Positions 1-9,876 of a DNA stretch of 64,000 bases are shown one piece after another. Each line of letters begins with the position of its first letter. The first letter of the stretch is position 1. Source of the DNA: Patescibacteria group bacterium (GTDB lineage: Bacteria > Patescibacteriota > Patescibacteriia > UBA9934 > GWF2-40-263); the NCBI GenBank assembly GCA_041661745.1, contig JBAZTR010000004.1:12961-76960 (forward strand), in the 5' to 3' direction. The position numbers and the translations under genes were made by a program. Under the pieces are notes generated by a model that was not told the origin of the DNA, made no database searches, and was given only the letters and a program-made list of their open reading frames with translations.

Positions 1-23
1 CTGGCCGAGCCGCTACGCCGCGC

Positions 24-76
24 GCTCGACCGACCCCACACTTTCATCACTGCGGTGGTGAGAGTATGGGGTTACA
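24..76 (+). repeat. Intergenic hairpin repeat, copy 1
   Basis: GCTCGACCG-ACCCCACACTTTCATCAC-TGCG-GTGGTGAGAGTATGGGGT-TACA; 18-bp stem with G-U pairs; one mismatch to the copy at 525-577. Confidence 0.9.
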
Positions 77-107
77 AATCCGAGCCCCCTCGTATGGAGA
101 TACTGCC

Positions 108-485
108 ATGACGACCCTTCAGAGAGTCTTGAATTCCCAGGAACAGGCCAATGAAGCCCGTCGAGAGTTGGCCGCGCAGATGATCGAGGACGTCCCTGCC
201 CGCCTCCGCCCCCTCCTCCAGGAGAGGTTGGGGCTCGAAGGACTCGAGAGCCGGCGATGGTTCCTCGGCCTGTTGGAAGGTGACGCACCGACCATGGGCG
301 TCAGTCTGTGCCAGGCCAAGCGGTTCGGCTGGGAGTCCCTCGCGGACCTCCGGACCGAGCTCCTCACCCTGAACCAGGCCTGGTACGAGGTCCTCGAGAT
401 CGAAGAGATCAAGATCTCGAGGCCGAACAACCCCAGGCGGAGCCACCTGAAGGTGATCTTCACGATCGCCCCCTGCCGCGACTAG
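108..485 (+). CDS. GC-rich hypothetical protein, possible degenerate RNAP alpha-CTD/HhH-like segment
   Basis: GGAGA SD before ATG 108; AKRFGWESLADLRTELL resembles alpha-CTD PNLGKKSLTEIKDVL. Confidence 0.6.
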   Translation: MTTLQRVLNSQEQANEARRELAAQMIEDVPARLRPLLQERLGLEGLESRRWFLGLLEGDAPTMGVSLCQAKRFGWESLADLRTELLTLNQAWYEVLEIEEIKISRPNNPRRSHLKVIFTIAPCRD

Positions 486-524
486 TTGTTCTCCGACCCT
501 CCTTCTCGGTCGAGCGCGCTCTGT

Positions 525-577
525 GCTCGACCGACCCCACACTTTCATCACTGCGGTGGTGAGAGTGTGGGGTTACA
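525..577 (+). repeat. Intergenic hairpin repeat, copy 2
   Basis: Near-identical to 24-76; preceded by hairpin TCGGTCGAGCGC..GTGCTCGACCGA. Confidence 0.9.
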
Positions 578-626
578 CAATTTGTCCATTCCTTCCCCGG
601 AGTTCCAAGTGGAAACCATTCTCAAT

Positions 627-971
627 ATGCTCGGCCAGCTGGTCGGTATGGTCCTCTGTGTAATGATCATGTCCGTGGGCTTCATGATGATCCTCGGCGT
701 GGCCCCGGCCAAGACCATCGCGTTCTGGAAAAGGCACGTATTCCGCCCCCTGTGGCGACTCGTGACCTGGCCGTTCCGCTGGCTCGCAAACGAGATCTGG
801 AAACAGACCAAACGCGGCGCCAAGGCCGGCGCCAACGCGACCGGCCGCGGTGCCTGGTGGGTCGTCCGCCAGGCGGCCATCCTGGTCGGCCGCGGCCTCG
901 CCTGGGCGTGGCGAGAGCTCGACTATCGAGCCCGCCGCGCCTATCATGGCCGCAACTACCACCGTCCTTAG
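627..971 (+). CDS. GC-rich small membrane protein with basic/Trp-rich C-terminus (start uncertain)
   Basis: Hydrophobic helix LVGMVLCVMIMSVGFMMILGV; GC-ending codons; part of ORF 486..971. Confidence 0.6.
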   Translation: MLGQLVGMVLCVMIMSVGFMMILGVAPAKTIAFWKRHVFRPLWRLVTWPFRWLANEIWKQTKRGAKAGANATGRGAWWVVRQAAILVGRGLAWAWRELDYRARRAYHGRNYHRP

Positions 972-1090
972 GCCGAACTCGCTTCTCGAGCTCGGCCGCC
1001 CATCCTCGCGCATAATTTATTTGTGCACGAAGAGGAGAAATAAAAAATCGCCTTCGCCCGGCGGTTTTTTGTTTGTTGATTAGTGTTCTT

Positions 1091-1139
1091 ACCTCACCCC
1101 TTCTCCCCTCTCCTTCGTAAGGAGAGGGGTTGGGGGGAT
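1091..1139. repeat. REP-like palindrome CCCCTCTCCTTCGTAAGGAGAGGGG
   Basis: Related copies at about 23673-23713 and 39789-39829. Confidence 0.8.
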
Positions 1140-1912
1140 CATCTCTTCTCACTCATATATCCGTTTGATCCCTCCCACGCCACATTAAATAATTGTCTAA
1201 TGGTATTTGCGAGGTCCACACTGGTAATAACAATGCCGATCATCTTTTCTTGAAACGAATACATGAACACATTATTTCCACGCACCGAGATGTCACCCTT
1301 CAAAGGAAACTTGTCGGTTGGGATCAAACGAACCTCGCCGCCGGGCAAGCTTGGCACCTTAGAAAAATCAGGTTCGTTCATGACCGCTAAAACACGATAC
1401 GAAACTTTATGTTCGCGAAGTGAATCAAGATGCTTAGCGCGATACTGAAAAAAAGAACGCAGTTGATCAACTTCATCAATATTAACAACTTGGATAAACT
1501 CGCCTTCAGTTTCTTCAAAAACTTTCATAACCGAAGCCACACCTTCGAAACCCTCCAGGTATCTAATCTGTGGCTTGTCGCCTTCGATGTTGTGAATGGC
1601 TAAAAGTTTTGGCATGACGGCCGACAGCTCGCGTTCTTTTTCTTCCAATTCCCTTTTCTGCAGGCGAAGAAGTGATAATAATTTATCCGGCGATTCGGCG
1701 GCAAAACGATTGCGTCCATCTTTAATAAAAGAACTGATCAGCCCGCGCTTAATCAGTCCATTGATAATCAAATAAGTTGTCGCCCGATTGACGTTGGATT
1801 TTTCGGAAATGTCTTGAATCGACGACAGACCTAATTGCAACGCTGCCAAATAAACAGCTGCTTCTTTATCAGAAAACCCAAAGTTTATTAGCTCTTTGGC
1901 AGCATATTCCAT
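1139..1912 (-). CDS. TrmB-family transcriptional regulator
   Basis: N-terminal wHTH (GFSDKEAAVYLAALQLG...NRATTYLIINGLIKRGLI). Confidence 0.85.
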   Translation of the reverse strand: MEYAAKELINFGFSDKEAAVYLAALQLGLSSIQDISEKSNVNRATTYLIINGLIKRGLISSFIKDGRNRFAAESPDKLLSLLRLQKRELEEKERELSAVMPKLLAIHNIEGDKPQIRYLEGFEGVASVMKVFEETEGEFIQVVNIDEVDQLRSFFQYRAKHLDSLREHKVSYRVLAVMNEPDFSKVPSLPGGEVRLIPTDKFPLKGDISVRGNNVFMYSFQEKMIGIVITSVDLANTIRQLFNVAWEGSNGYMSEKR

Positions 1913-2985
1913 AAAGCTTCCCAGGTCTGTTTAACGGTTTTGTCCCATGAAAATTGTTTGACGCACGCCAGTCCCTTGGTTGAAAGATTGTCCAAGATGC
2001 CGGGCTCGCGAGCGGTGCGTGTTAGAGCGGCGGCCCACTGATCAGGGGCCATGGGTGGCACGAATTCCGCAGCCTCGCACATGACTTCGCGATGGGCCGG
2101 AATATTAGAGGCAATAACCGGCGTGCCCGAGGCAGCCGCTTCGAGTGGGGTTAAACCAAAACCTTCGTACCAACTTGGCGCCAGCAAAGCGCGAGCCCCG
2201 CCGACAAGAGCCGGCAAATCTTCGCGCGGCACAAAATCGAGCCACGAAATATAATCGGTATATGGCGATAGCGCCGCGGCTTTTTTAACTTCCTCACCGC
2301 GCCAACCAAGTCGACCGGCAAAAACTAAACGCATGGGATCGCCAAAACCCATGTTTTTTTTGAAGTCGTTAAAAGCCGGGACAAGCATGGCCGGATTTTT
2401 TTTAGCTTCAACACGGCCGACAAATAAAAAATAATTTTTGTATCCAAGACGATACTTATTTAAAACCGGCTCTAAGGCTTCCCGCCCGGCCTGGACAAAA
2501 AGTTTATCAGCCGCCAACGGAATGACAATTACTTTTTCCGGCTTGGCGTGAAAAAAATTAATGAGTTCGTTTTTGGTAAATTCACTCGGAGTAAAAATAA
2601 CATCAGCCCGTTTTACTGCCCGGCGCGTGGCGATATTTTGCCGACCAACCTCGGCATGGTGATACAAATCAGGACGGCTGCGAAAACCAACGTCGTGAAT
2701 AGTTGTGGCAACCTTAACTTTTTTTGGAATAAAAAACGGCAAACCTTGGCCAGGCACAAAAAATACGTTCGGCGGCCGGCGCCACAATTCCCAAGTAACC
2801 CGAAATTGCATCCAACCTCTTTTTAACGACCAACGAAGCGTGGAAAGATTATAAAGACGAAGTTCAACTTCGCCACCCATAATCGACAATTCCTTAAAAC
2901 CATCAACCATTTGCTTGGCGTATTCTTCCACGCCAGTGCGTTGTGGCTTTTCGGCTGATGATGAATCGATGGCGATTGTTATCAT
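1888..2985 (-). CDS. Glycosyltransferase family 4
   Basis: RTGVEEY, TIHD, FLFVGRVEAKKN, EGFGLTPLEA motifs; start moved to ATG 2985. Confidence 0.9.
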   Translation of the reverse strand: MITIAIDSSSAEKPQRTGVEEYAKQMVDGFKELSIMGGEVELRLYNLSTLRWSLKRGWMQFRVTWELWRRPPNVFFVPGQGLPFFIPKKVKVATTIHDVGFRSRPDLYHHAEVGRQNIATRRAVKRADVIFTPSEFTKNELINFFHAKPEKVIVIPLAADKLFVQAGREALEPVLNKYRLGYKNYFLFVGRVEAKKNPAMLVPAFNDFKKNMGFGDPMRLVFAGRLGWRGEEVKKAAALSPYTDYISWLDFVPREDLPALVGGARALLAPSWYEGFGLTPLEAAASGTPVIASNIPAHREVMCEAAEFVPPMAPDQWAAALTRTAREPGILDNLSTKGLACVKQFSWDKTVKQTWEALWNMLPKS

Positions 2986-2997
2986 ATTTTTAGGTTT

Positions 2998-3080
2998 GAG
3001 TATGTAGTATGTAGTGGGTAGGCAATAGATCAAACTGAAACTTTTGCCTACATGCTACCTACTACATACTACCAACTACC
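2998..3080. repeat. Heptamer-armed inverted repeat element, copy 1
   Basis: (TAGTATG)n-TAGGCAATAGAT..AACTTTTGCCTA-(CATACTA)n; five copies in window. Confidence 0.9.
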
Positions 3081-3084
3081 GCCG

Positions 3085-4089
3085 CTAATTAGTAAAAATA
3101 CTTCGCTTGTAAGCCTCAAGGTTCTCCAAAGCTACACCAGTGCCCTTAGCCACACACAACTGCGGATCCTCGGCCACATAAACCGGCACGCCGGTGGCTT
3201 CGGAAATCAAACGATCTAAATTGCGAAGCTGGGCCGTACCACCGGAAAGGACAATACCCTTTTCCATAACATCGGCCGACAATTCCGGCGGGGTTTTGTG
3301 TAAAACCTCTTTTACCGTGGCTAAAATGCCTTCGAGTTCGTTTTGAATAGCTTCGGTTACGTCGTCGGAGGTGACCTCGATAATTTTAGGCAAGCCGGTT
3401 ACCATGTCGCGCCCTTTAATTTCCATGACTAATTTTTCTGGCAAATACATGGCTGAACCAATGCGGATTTTAATATCTTCCGAAGTTCGCTCACCAATAG
3501 CCAGACCATACTTACGGCGAACAAATTCAGAAATGGCCGCATCAAATTTAACCCCGCCAATTCTAATTGATTCGGATGAGACAATACCACCTAAGGATAA
3601 GACCGCCATTTCAGAAGTTCCGCCACCAATATCAATAATCATGTGACCAGATGGCGAACCAATGGGAATATTGGCACCAATGGCCGCGACAATCGGTTCC
3701 TTAATAACATAGGCGGCGCGGGCCCCGGCCGCCAAAGTGGCGTCAATAACCGCGCGACGTTCGACCGAAGTAATTCCCCCAGGCACGGCCACCATAACTT
3801 CAGGCCGAAAAATACGAACACCACCGACAGCTTTGTTAATAAAATAACGGAGCATGGCCTCGGTGGTGTGATAATCGGCGATAACGCCGTCCTTAAGCGG
3901 ACGACGAGCAATAATTGTGTCCGGCGTACGGCCAATCATTTCTTTAGCTTCACGACCAACCGCCAAAACTTTTTTATCGACTTTAGAAACTGCCACTACT
4001 GATGGCTCATTGATAATAACGCCTCGTTTAGGCAAGTAAACGAGGACAGTGGTGGTTCCAAGGTCAATTCCGATTTTCTTTATAAACAT
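3085..4089 (-). CDS. mreB: Rod shape-determining protein MreB
   Basis: IGIDLGT, EPSVVA, RPLKDGVIAD, DIGGGT motifs. Confidence 0.95.
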   Translation of the reverse strand: MFIKKIGIDLGTTTVLVYLPKRGVIINEPSVVAVSKVDKKVLAVGREAKEMIGRTPDTIIARRPLKDGVIADYHTTEAMLRYFINKAVGGVRIFRPEVMVAVPGGITSVERRAVIDATLAAGARAAYVIKEPIVAAIGANIPIGSPSGHMIIDIGGGTSEMAVLSLGGIVSSESIRIGGVKFDAAISEFVRRKYGLAIGERTSEDIKIRIGSAMYLPEKLVMEIKGRDMVTGLPKIIEVTSDDVTEAIQNELEGILATVKEVLHKTPPELSADVMEKGIVLSGGTAQLRNLDRLISEATGVPVYVAEDPQLCVAKGTGVALENLEAYKRSIFTN

Positions 4090-4154
4090 ACTCAATCATT
4101 TCCCCCTTGTTACGCCGAAGTCGAGCTTAGCTCGACAAATCCAGCTAAGCTGGA

Positions 4155-6170
4155 TCAAAAACCGACTTCAATGTTCAAGTCTTTAGCCAAGCCAAACGCT
4201 CCAGTGTAATTATCGTCACCCCAAAAATCAGTCAGTTCAGCCGGCGTGGCAGACATCACCTTCTTATCAAAATCCAAGGTCGTGGTCAAACCGTATTCAG
4301 CCGCGCCCAGTTGTTTTACAACATTTAAAGAATAATGACCGGAAGCAACCATGGTTGTAATTGAATCAGGTAGATAATATTCAAAAGACAGGCGACCACT
4401 TTCGCCGGGTTCGATGGAAATAAACGCGCCAAAAACCGTTAAATCAAGTTCTTGACCAACATCAACCGCACCGGCCGCGCCGGAAGGATTTTTTAATTTA
4501 TCATTAGCTAGCATTCCTAAACCGCTAATGAATTGGCTGCCCTTAGGAACATAAACCCGAGTGTAGGTTCGATACCGCGTAGTTTTCCAATCAAAGACTC
4601 CTTGATGTTCGTACTTAATGGTTACCTTGCCGATAAAACGACCGTCGCCGCTTGGTTTAATCGAATAAGAAATATCACGCAATACTTCAGGATCGGTTTT
4701 TAACGCGGCCAAGTTGGCATCAATTACCATTAAGAAATCACCATCAGATTTTTCTACCACTCCGCCCCAGCCGGCGTTACGAATAATTTCTTCAGTCTCA
4801 AGGGAAGAATTGGAAAAAAGAGCAATTTGCTTGTCGGATAAATTTTTCTCAACAGCCGAAACCACCGGCCCCCAGGCAGAAAACGGTAAGTCAAAAATTT
4901 TACCTTTCATTTCATTAAACAACGAAGTGATAATATCCTTGCGCTGTGCGTACGGCACGCCTGATTCTTGAAAACCGATTTCCACTTGATATTCGAGAGT
5001 GTCGGTAATGTTATCGGCGGAAAAAGTTTGATTACCAACAACAATCGGACCGGTGATTTTAAGCAAATCAGCGACAAAAGTTGGGGTGATGCCAATAACC
5101 CCATCAAAAGAAATCGGTTCTTGCACGGCGTTTCTTTGTTCGGATGGAATGGATAAAACTTCGGCCGTAAACATGCTAATGGCATTTCTGGCGGAAACGG
5201 AAAAATCAGGCGACCAATTGCTGTCGCGGAAAAACCATTTATTAGCTCCCAAATATTTTTTAAGCGGGGTTGGCGGTTCAAGTGAATAATAGGGATTAGC
5301 CGCCTCGTCTAAAAGATAAGAATCTTTAAGTTCAAGTTCGCGAATTTCGCCATCCTCAACCCGCAAAATTCCGTAAGTCCCGATAAATCCGCCGGCCGGT
5401 CGCATTTCCGTATTGTTTTCAAGAAGTAAGAGGAAATTCTTTTCTTCGCCCAAACCGGTAAAAGCCGGAATAATTCGCGCGGCCGTGGCCGCTAAAAACA
5501 AACCGTCGTAAACCTGATCTAAAGTATTTTCGATTTTTCGAACAACCGTGCCCATGGGCTCCGGGACATCGCCCAAATCATCAATATTATTTTTAATCAA
5601 ACCGGCTTTTTCCGCGACCAAAGCTAAATCGGGGGCCGCGCCGTTAATTCGTTGTAAAACAATTCGTTTAACTGTCGGCGACATATCGTCGTACTGAAGC
5701 GGTAAAAATTCGCCAACCTCACCGGTGACATTTTCGGTTTCGCCAATGAGTCGGGTAATATCCGCCCCCAAATCGGCAATGTCATCAACTAAAGCAAAAA
5801 GATCTGATGATGAATCTAAAAGAGTTTCAGCAGCCACCACCTGCTCGCCAACCCATGGTAAAAATTTAAGCCAGGCAATACGTTTAAAAGAGCGGTCGGC
5901 TTTGACAAAAGCGATTTCGGCCGCATCAAGAGAAACTTTAGCCTCATCAAAAGAAAAAACCTCAACAGCATCCTTGGCTTCATACAAACGATCACGGCCG
6001 TCTAATAAAGATGTGACCACCAACCCGGCATTAACCGCTGTCCAAATCGCCGTTAAACCAATTAAAAGAGATAATAAAAATAAACCGACCTTAAAAAACC
6101 GGCGGCGCGTGATTTTCTTTTTTTCCAAAGGCGGAGCGTAATGCGCTAAAAATTCGGAATCATGACTCAT
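4155..6170 (-). CDS. DUF4012-like membrane-anchored protein
   Basis: LLLLENNTEMRPAGGFIG, RDSNWSPDF motifs; N-terminal TM helix. Confidence 0.8.
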   Translation of the reverse strand: MSHDSEFLAHYAPPLEKKKITRRRFFKVGLFLLSLLIGLTAIWTAVNAGLVVTSLLDGRDRLYEAKDAVEVFSFDEAKVSLDAAEIAFVKADRSFKRIAWLKFLPWVGEQVVAAETLLDSSSDLFALVDDIADLGADITRLIGETENVTGEVGEFLPLQYDDMSPTVKRIVLQRINGAAPDLALVAEKAGLIKNNIDDLGDVPEPMGTVVRKIENTLDQVYDGLFLAATAARIIPAFTGLGEEKNFLLLLENNTEMRPAGGFIGTYGILRVEDGEIRELELKDSYLLDEAANPYYSLEPPTPLKKYLGANKWFFRDSNWSPDFSVSARNAISMFTAEVLSIPSEQRNAVQEPISFDGVIGITPTFVADLLKITGPIVVGNQTFSADNITDTLEYQVEIGFQESGVPYAQRKDIITSLFNEMKGKIFDLPFSAWGPVVSAVEKNLSDKQIALFSNSSLETEEIIRNAGWGGVVEKSDGDFLMVIDANLAALKTDPEVLRDISYSIKPSGDGRFIGKVTIKYEHQGVFDWKTTRYRTYTRVYVPKGSQFISGLGMLANDKLKNPSGAAGAVDVGQELDLTVFGAFISIEPGESGRLSFEYYLPDSITTMVASGHYSLNVVKQLGAAEYGLTTTLDFDKKVMSATPAELTDFWGDDNYTGAFGLAKDLNIEVGF

Positions 6171-6196
6171 AATTCCCTACCTGACATCTTACCATT

Positions 6197-7246
6197 TTAC
6201 CTAAACCATTGGCTAATACTCCGACGCGGGACTTTGCGTCGCAACAAAATTTCCCGGCGCTTGCGCCACATTATTGGCAAGCCAGCAAAAAATTGCCAAA
6301 TAGCTCGAATGTTAGTGGGCTCAAAAAAACAAACGTAAACAAAGCGCAGCGCTTCGGCCGGCTTAATCCAGATCCCGGCCAAAAGCCAATCAACAAAACT
6401 CATGTTTTTGATGAGCAACCACCAGTGGTTGCGGGTGGAATAAAAACTGCGCATTTTGGATTTTCGCCGACGATTGCGAATGCGTTCAAAAAAGCTGGCC
6501 CGCTCCTTGCCATACATACCGCGAGCATGATGAGCCACGGCCTCGGGAACAAAACGCGCTTCCCAGCCAAGACTTTGAAAACGCCAGGCCAAATCAATAT
6601 CTTCTTTGTAAGCAAAAAAATCTTCGTCAAAATATTCGCTTTCGGACATTTTAACATCCTCCAAAGCCGAAGCTCGATAAAAACCAAAACCGGCACAAAC
6701 ACCAAAAACTTCACGAGCCGCGTCAAACTGCCCTTGGTCAAGTTCCCCGCCGCCGCGTTCGTAGAACCAGCGATACTTGTTGCCGCGAAGCCCGGTGGTG
6801 TCGATAACATCGGAATTAGTGTGTTCGCGTAAAACTTCGTCAGTACCGTTATCTTGAAACGAACGCAAAAGTTTTGGGGTAAAACTGGCGGCTTCGGGAT
6901 GAGCTTCGGCTTCTTTAATCAGTTCTTCTAAACAGTTTGGCCGAAAAACAATATCGGGATTAATGGTAACGCAATAACAGTGACTTAAATCTTCGCCCTC
7001 CCAATGCTTTATGGCGTACTTAATAGCCTGATTATGAGCCGCACCAAAACCGAGATTACGAACATTCCTAACGATCGTGACCGTGGGATATTTTTCACGC
7101 AACCATTTTTCCACGCCGTCACTTGAGCCGTTATCAACCACGCGTACGACAAAATCTTTGTAGGTTTGTTTTTCAATTGATTCAAAAAGATCCGGCAAAT
7201 CGGACATGCTGTTCCAGGCGACGATGTGAAGGGAGATTTTGGGCAT
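6197..7246 (-). CDS. Glycosyltransferase family 2
   Basis: VVDNGSSDG, NLGFGAAHNQ, NPD, FFAYKEDIDL. Confidence 0.9.
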   Translation of the reverse strand: MPKISLHIVAWNSMSDLPDLFESIEKQTYKDFVVRVVDNGSSDGVEKWLREKYPTVTIVRNVRNLGFGAAHNQAIKYAIKHWEGEDLSHCYCVTINPDIVFRPNCLEELIKEAEAHPEAASFTPKLLRSFQDNGTDEVLREHTNSDVIDTTGLRGNKYRWFYERGGGELDQGQFDAAREVFGVCAGFGFYRASALEDVKMSESEYFDEDFFAYKEDIDLAWRFQSLGWEARFVPEAVAHHARGMYGKERASFFERIRNRRRKSKMRSFYSTRNHWWLLIKNMSFVDWLLAGIWIKPAEALRFVYVCFFEPTNIRAIWQFFAGLPIMWRKRREILLRRKVPRRSISQWFR

Positions 7247-7308
7247 AATTGCCCTTTCACTTTAAAACAAAAACGGGGTTTATTCAACCCCGTTTATTCT
7301 TTATGTTT

Positions 7309-7638
7309 TTACCTAGAAAGTAACGCTACCATCAAAAACATCATAGCTCCAATTAAGACAAACCAGGCCACGGTCATACCCAAAAACCACAAGCCTTCCT
7401 TCTTTTTATTATCCAAATACAAAAGAATCGGTTTCAAGAAAAACAAAATACCCATCATTGCCGTCGAGAGAACAAGAATCATTAGAATAAAAGCCATCAT
7501 CAAAAAATCTGGGACCGAGACGCCAAAGTTGCCAAAAAAGTCTTCGCTGGAAAGCGTCAGGGTGAGGATAACGATATAAGCAACTGCCCCGGCGGCATGA
7601 TAAAACGGATAAAGGATATTTTTGTAGAAATTTTTCAT
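7309..7638 (-). CDS. Small three-TM membrane protein
   Basis: Three hydrophobic segments; operon context. Confidence 0.7.
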   Translation of the reverse strand: MKNFYKNILYPFYHAAGAVAYIVILTLTLSSEDFFGNFGVSVPDFLMMAFILMILVLSTAMMGILFFLKPILLYLDNKKKEGLWFLGMTVAWFVLIGAMMFLMVALLSR

Positions 7639-7650
7639 ATTTTTGGGTTT

Positions 7651-7725
7651 GAGCATGTAGTAGGTAGTATGTAGGCAAAAGTTCCCGATTAGATCTATTG
7701 CCTACCCACTACATACTACATACTA
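7651..7725. repeat. Heptamer-armed inverted repeat element, copy 2 (opposite orientation)
   Basis: TAGGCAAAAGTTCCCGATTAGATCTATTGCCTA core. Confidence 0.9.
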
Positions 7726-7731
7726 AGCAAA

Positions 7732-8208
7732 CTAGTTAATAATCCAAATAGTCCAGTTCAAAAACGCCGCAAAGCTAACCCAAAGAATGTAGGGGACAAG
7801 AAGGTATACGGCCGGACGCGAAACTTTCCAAAACACCACCATAGTCGCCACAATCGAAACCCACAAGGCAATGATTTCCAAAAAGGCCGCGCCGGGATTC
7901 TGTAGGCCAAAGAAAATAATTGACCACAAGACATTCAAAATCATTTGAGCCGCGAAAATCTTTAAGGCAAACTTTACATCTTTCTTTTTCCAACCCTTTT
8001 GCCACACCAAATACGCGGCAATACCCATAAGGGCAAAAAGAATCGTCCAAACCGGACCAAAAAGCCAATTGGGCGGTTGAAACCACGGCTTGTTTAATGT
8101 GGTGTACCAGGTAGTAATGGCCGGCGCAGTGAAAAACGAGCCAAGAATGCCGGCCGCTTCGACGGCAATAATGGCCAAAACGAGATGAAGAAAATTTTTT
8201 GTTTTCAT
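7732..8208 (-). CDS. tspO: TspO/MBR tryptophan-rich sensory protein
   Basis: WYTTLNKPWFQPPNWLFGPVW, LLVPYILWVSFA. Confidence 0.92.
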   Translation of the reverse strand: MKTKNFLHLVLAIIAVEAAGILGSFFTAPAITTWYTTLNKPWFQPPNWLFGPVWTILFALMGIAAYLVWQKGWKKKDVKFALKIFAAQMILNVLWSIIFFGLQNPGAAFLEIIALWVSIVATMVVFWKVSRPAVYLLVPYILWVSFAAFLNWTIWIIN

Positions 8209-8837
8209 ATTTTTTTATTTTTATAGCTAACGGCTTGCCACAAAATTATTGTACTTAAAAGGGCGGCAAAGAAACACCATACCGAAGTTAAAGCTTCTCT
8301 AAATATTATAATCGTTACCAACAAACTTAAAAAGGCCAAACCGCCAAAGAGTTGAATTTTTTTGTGCGATGACATTAACAAACTGCCGCAGGTAACCAAA
8401 ACATAAATAACCAAACCATAATCCAAAAGAGGAATAGCTACTTGGTAAACAATTCTACTGTCATTCAAACAAACGGTAAGCGGCTCGGTGACCATAAAGA
8501 AAAGACCGTAAACCGCGGCCGCGGCGCCGAGCAAAGTGAAAAAACGCAAAGCTTGTTTTTTAAGTTTATCCGGTTCGATCCAGCCAACTAAAGCGGGAAT
8601 CGCCACTAACCAAAACAGGAAAGCGAAAAATAAAAAACCGTAACCCAAAATCATGCTCAGTTCGCTTGGTCTTGGCGTTAGCCACTGGAACCCTTCAATG
8701 GCTTGTTGAATGGAGAAAGCCAGGGGAATCGTGGCCAGCCAACGCATCTTTTTGTCTTTAGCTCTCATGACTGTGGCCACCCCGGTCACGGCCAATGCGG
8801 CACTCGCCGCAAAGCTTGCCTCTGGAGAAAAACACAT
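8205..8837 (-). CDS. Multi-pass membrane protein (DUF6629-like)
   Basis: MCFSPEASF, QQAIEG, SVWCFFAA motifs. Confidence 0.75.
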   Translation of the reverse strand: MCFSPEASFAASAALAVTGVATVMRAKDKKMRWLATIPLAFSIQQAIEGFQWLTPRPSELSMILGYGFLFFAFLFWLVAIPALVGWIEPDKLKKQALRFFTLLGAAAAVYGLFFMVTEPLTVCLNDSRIVYQVAIPLLDYGLVIYVLVTCGSLLMSSHKKIQLFGGLAFLSLLVTIIIFREALTSVWCFFAALLSTIILWQAVSYKNKKI

Positions 8838-8839
8838 AA

Positions 8840-9793
8840 TTATAAATCAGGCTGATCGAAAACACTGAAACCATAAATAGTTGAACCTTCTGAAAAATCA
8901 GTAAGCATGAAGGAAAGATAGAAGGTGCTAGCTTGTTTTTCAAACCTTACCTGATATTCAACATAGTAAAAATCCATGACCTGACTAATCTTAGGCTCGC
9001 CAAAAGAAACCAAATTTCCCAAATCGGCTTTTTTATCAATCATGGGACTGACCGCGTTCATGGCCATCAAATCAGCCCCGCAATATTTACAAAAATTATC
9101 GTAATCATCGTTATTGTAGGCGGCAAACATTTCTTTTACTTTGGGATCAATGAAAGCAATGATTTCGGCCTCTTGTTTTTCCACCGGTGTATAAGTTTGG
9201 CCGGCAAACAACAAGGCACTAAGGATCAAAGCAATAATTGAAAGAACAACTCCCAAAATTCCGGTAATCTTCAAATTTCTCTTTTTGGTTCTAATCAAAT
9301 AAACGCTCAAGATAAAAAGAATTATCAGGAAGATTCGGGTATAAATAAAATTTTCCGAATAATTCGGCGAACTCATGCCAAAAACTAATAAAAAGAAAAC
9401 AGAAAAACCAGATAAAATAAAACCAACTAATCTTTTCCAACTTTGTTTTGTTTTACCCCAAAAAATTCCATTCACCAACACAAAAGACAAAATGATTGGG
9501 AAAACGATCATGAAAACTTTTTCCGCCTCAGCACTCAAAAAAATACCATTCTTTTGTTCGGCAGCTACGGCAAAAACCATGAAAGCTGTCAGAAGCATAG
9601 TGACAAACGACAAGACACTGAAAATCTTTACATCCTTCATGACGATGATCGTAAAAAGTAGCATGAATATTGGGAAGGCAATGAACGCCCCCAATAAATC
9701 TTTTTGAGAAAAATACATGGCAGCAAAACAGAACGCCAAAAGCCCGGCCAGGTAAACCCCTGCCCAAAGAATATTTTTTTGATAGGTTTTCAT
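8840..9793 (-). CDS. Multi-pass membrane protein with soluble C-terminal domain
   Basis: About seven hydrophobic segments; 317-aa ORF in operon. Confidence 0.7.
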   Translation of the reverse strand: MKTYQKNILWAGVYLAGLLAFCFAAMYFSQKDLLGAFIAFPIFMLLFTIIVMKDVKIFSVLSFVTMLLTAFMVFAVAAEQKNGIFLSAEAEKVFMIVFPIILSFVLVNGIFWGKTKQSWKRLVGFILSGFSVFFLLVFGMSSPNYSENFIYTRIFLIILFILSVYLIRTKKRNLKITGILGVVLSIIALILSALLFAGQTYTPVEKQEAEIIAFIDPKVKEMFAAYNNDDYDNFCKYCGADLMAMNAVSPMIDKKADLGNLVSFGEPKISQVMDFYYVEYQVRFEKQASTFYLSFMLTDFSEGSTIYGFSVFDQPDL

Positions 9794-9876
9794 ATTGTGT
9801 GTATTTTATCAAATTTAACCAAAATAAAAAAGACGGAGGGTTATCCGTCATTTTTATTAAAGGCTTTTATTTACTT

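Noticed and set aside
24-577. Integron attC sites
   Set aside because: No RYYYAAC/GTTRRRY ends or extrahelical bases, and no integrase in the window
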